64,000 bases of DNA from Iphione sp. A-MEVVRFRX5 (Eukaryota), in contig OZ320313.1 of assembly GCA_976226885.1 (NCBI GenBank), forward strand, positions 38,440,001 to 38,504,000, given 5' to 3'. Below are positions 61,086-64,000 of the stretch, in pieces. A model generated the notes under the pieces. That model ran no database searches, was not told where the DNA came from, and worked only from the letters and a program-made list of their open reading frames with translations. The position numbers were made by a program, and so were the translations under genes. Every line of letters starts with the position of its first letter. Positions within the stretch are counted from its first letter, which is position 1.

Positions 61086-63054
61086 TGTCGAAGCTTGAAT
61101 AATGTGCTTTTATATATGCGATAGCAACGTTGACTTTATTACTGCATGGTACAGCACCTTACCGGTGTACTTCCATCCTGTATCAGAAAAAGAGAAATAG
61201 GATTCGACCCTCGTGCATTTATTTTGGCAGTTAGATATCCCAACTGCAGTGACCCAAATACAGCAAAGTCGTCTGCCTGATCGACGAGACGTGTTACCCC
61301 AAACAAAACTTTTCTTTTGCCATGCCTAATAGAGAAAGGGCAGAAGTTTACAACAATATACCATTTCCGGGCCTAATAGAGGGCCCTGGTAGAGAAAACA
61401 CTGTATAATAGACGTTAGGAGGCAGTTGAGGTGGTTAGAGCCATACTTATTGGTTGTTATTGCGACTCCCGCATTGCTGGGTTGACTTTGTGTTTAGGTG
61501 ACTGGTTGTTAGGCACATTCAAGGTCAGCATTTGACCTTAAAGGTAATAACTCCTCACGTAACTACCCGTCTTCTTCCCATACGACATGTTATGGTGGAA
61601 AATCATGCAACCCAAATGAAAGACCTTTTTGTGTGCCTTGCTTTTATTCTTGTCATTGTTTCCGCTGTCCGCAGTTACAAACTATTCAAGACCTCATCTG
61701 TCAGGAAATATTTTATGACTCAACTGTTGAAGTAAAGGGCGTCCATGTGAATTGCATCTACGTGGAGAAAGACTTTGGATACAGCCTAGGAGGTTTTACG
61801 TATAGACGATTCCTAATTAATAATTAATGATTAATATGACATCAACATTTAATGAAGGTTGTCCTGCCAACTCAGCCTTCCCTGACATAGCCTCCGATCA
61901 GTACGGAATACAAAATTTCTTATTAGTAAAGTTCGTTTGAACCACTAACAATGAACTAACGAATATTACGTGGCATTCAATTTGTCTATCACTTTCCTAA
62001 CATCCTGGGCGGTCAACGGGATGGACTTTGGATGTTCACCGTGGGAACCGTTATATGAACATAATAGCAGGGACAGTGCTTACGACGCCAAATAAGGAAG
62101 ATAATGAAGACCCATTGTGATTCATTACATGAGTAACTTTCGCGGGTTCATAGCACATAATATGACTCCAGATGGTGCAACTTGATTGATCATACTGCTG
62201 AGTGTCATACCCAGTAGGTTGGCCTCCATTCTATAGCCCAGCTCTGAACACAGTGATGTTAGGAAGTGACACGGTTCGAGTCCTGCTTTGTCCCGTCTCG
62301 CTTGTCAGCAGTAACACCTACTAGAGAACCTAACTAAGATACAGTGTGAGTGTGACAGTATTGTTCTTGATCTCTTCATGTGATAGATATCGTGGCTTGG
62401 TAGTCAAGTCAACAGCGCCCGTCCTGCTCAATAGAGCAGTCTTTGACCAAGCGGTACAAAGATTACAAGTGCATGACTGACTACTCACATTGATCAATCT
62501 TTCATGTGAAAACTATTCCCAAACGGACATCAGACCACCAAGCATTGTGTAGAAAGGCCAAAGGCTTCTCACGGAGCCATTCCTCAAATATCAACCAAAA
62601 CATACCCTTCCCTCTGTTGGCCAGCTTTCCGAGAAAGATAGTGTGTTCCCAAACGGGTAAGGAGCTTAACATGTCAGTCTCACAAAGAGGGCGTTGTTAT
62701 TCCTGCCTGACCCCCACCTTCTCCCCTTCTCCCTACTCTACCAAGATGGGCGCCACACACAGAAGGAGACTACTGTCAAACAGATGTCATCACCATGGGA
62801 GATGGAGCAGGGAAGGAGGAGATAGAGGGGAAAAGGCGGACGTGGGGAGAAAGGGGAGGGTTCTTTTCACACTCTTCACACCTAACGGTGTTTGTTGTAT
62901 CAGCCTCTTGCCAAAACGCTCCCCCAGGTAAATACAGATCGTTATTTTTTGTACCACATTGTGGAAAATGTGCTCAAGTCCTCAAGTTGGGTGCAATCTG
63001 GAGTGCCTGGGCCCTCTTCCATATGGCGGATATCCTACTTTATTGGTGGGACGA

Positions 63055-63092
63055 AAAATTGAACTTCAGTCATAAAATTGAACTTCAGTCAT
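63055..63092. repeat. 19-bp tandem duplication
   Basis: AAAATTGAACTTCAGTCAT twice. Confidence 0.9.
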
Positions 63093-64000
63093 AAATTCAC
63101 TTTCTTCTCTCCCGTTCTTATCGTCCACGGGCACTGGGGTATAAGAACAACCATATATTAAAGATCAAGACTGGCTGGAATATATTTTCAGCCTTAGGTC
63201 TTATTTACAAGTGATTGAATTCTTCAGTTGTCTTGAATATTGTAGCGGTTTGATCTCAACCTGGAATAATGGACTTGAATACTTCAGAGTTGTATCTCAT
63301 AGCATTAAGACGTTGACTGAGAACTTTGGGTATCAGGTCAGAACTATTCCCACACAAGACGCAAAAAGGCAGGGCATGTGGCAATCTGCAGATATTCCTG
63401 TTTGAACTGAAAGTATTCGGACTTGAACCATTTAAGTTTTGAACTATGAACCCCTAGGTGTGCGAAACTCCAAAGAACTCGTATGAACACTATTCCTGTC
63501 ATTACCTCGAATCCTCATCTATCAGCACACAATGGCATCTAACTCAAGGCGTCCTTTTGCAAATTACAATACATCTTGAGGGGAGTTTCACACACCCCTC
63601 TTTATTTTAGAATGTTTTAATCTGGTGCCCTAAAGAGGGATCCGAGGAAATGTCTTCACACATTAAGACTATTTCTGAAAATAGGTCTTAGATAACAAGG
63701 CAAAATCTTTAATATGGAAGGGAAACCTTGGCATAAGAACCGTTATTCTATTGTTTGATTACTTGACTCGAAGTCAGCTGGACTTTCTTGATATGAAATA
63801 GAACTTCCATACAGCATCATTATATGTTATAAAAGCAGGAATTTCATTAGTTACACCTTGGAGTCTATAAAATGCATTGTCACTGGTTGTTCTTGTAAGC
63901 CATATTCTTTTGGAATAAGAAGGTGATCAAATACATTGTGATTGACCTACGTTGGAAGCAAACTTTTGTGAAAAAGTAATTCAGGTTTAACTTGTGTGAA

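Noticed and set aside
62230-62290. tRNA gene (GGTTCGAGTCC B-box); also A-box-like segments near 15805 and 17650 (minus strand)
   Set aside because: No cloverleaf and no matching partner box; at most SINE debris.

Overview
This is eukaryotic (animal-like) genomic DNA, mostly non-coding and repeat-rich, with one 155-N assembly gap (3903-4057). No host protein-coding gene could be identified with confidence. The one clear coding system is a compact (4260 bp), apparently very young Ngaro-type tyrosine-recombinase (DIRS-order) retrotransposon on the + strand at 25787-30046. It has identical split direct repeats (A1...B1-A2-B2), a gag-like ORF with Cys/His motifs, an RT-RNase H ORF, and a tyrosine recombinase (YR) ORF broken by one frameshift. 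It sits in an (AT)n tract with an ATAT core at both ends and at the internal B1/A2 junction. Its expression signals are the most interesting part. gag and pol are in the same frame, separated by a single TGA in the TGA-CTAG readthrough context. A strong 3' splice acceptor lies just before the YR domain, in phase with donor-like sites in gag. The 10-nt spacer between A2 and B2 carries AATAAA. The rest of the window has two Harbinger-like MITEs, microsatellites, short tandem duplications, strand-biased purine/pyrimidine tracts, motif clusters, a possible decayed YR relic and a few weak candidate exons. All calls come from reading the sequence; no database searches were run.
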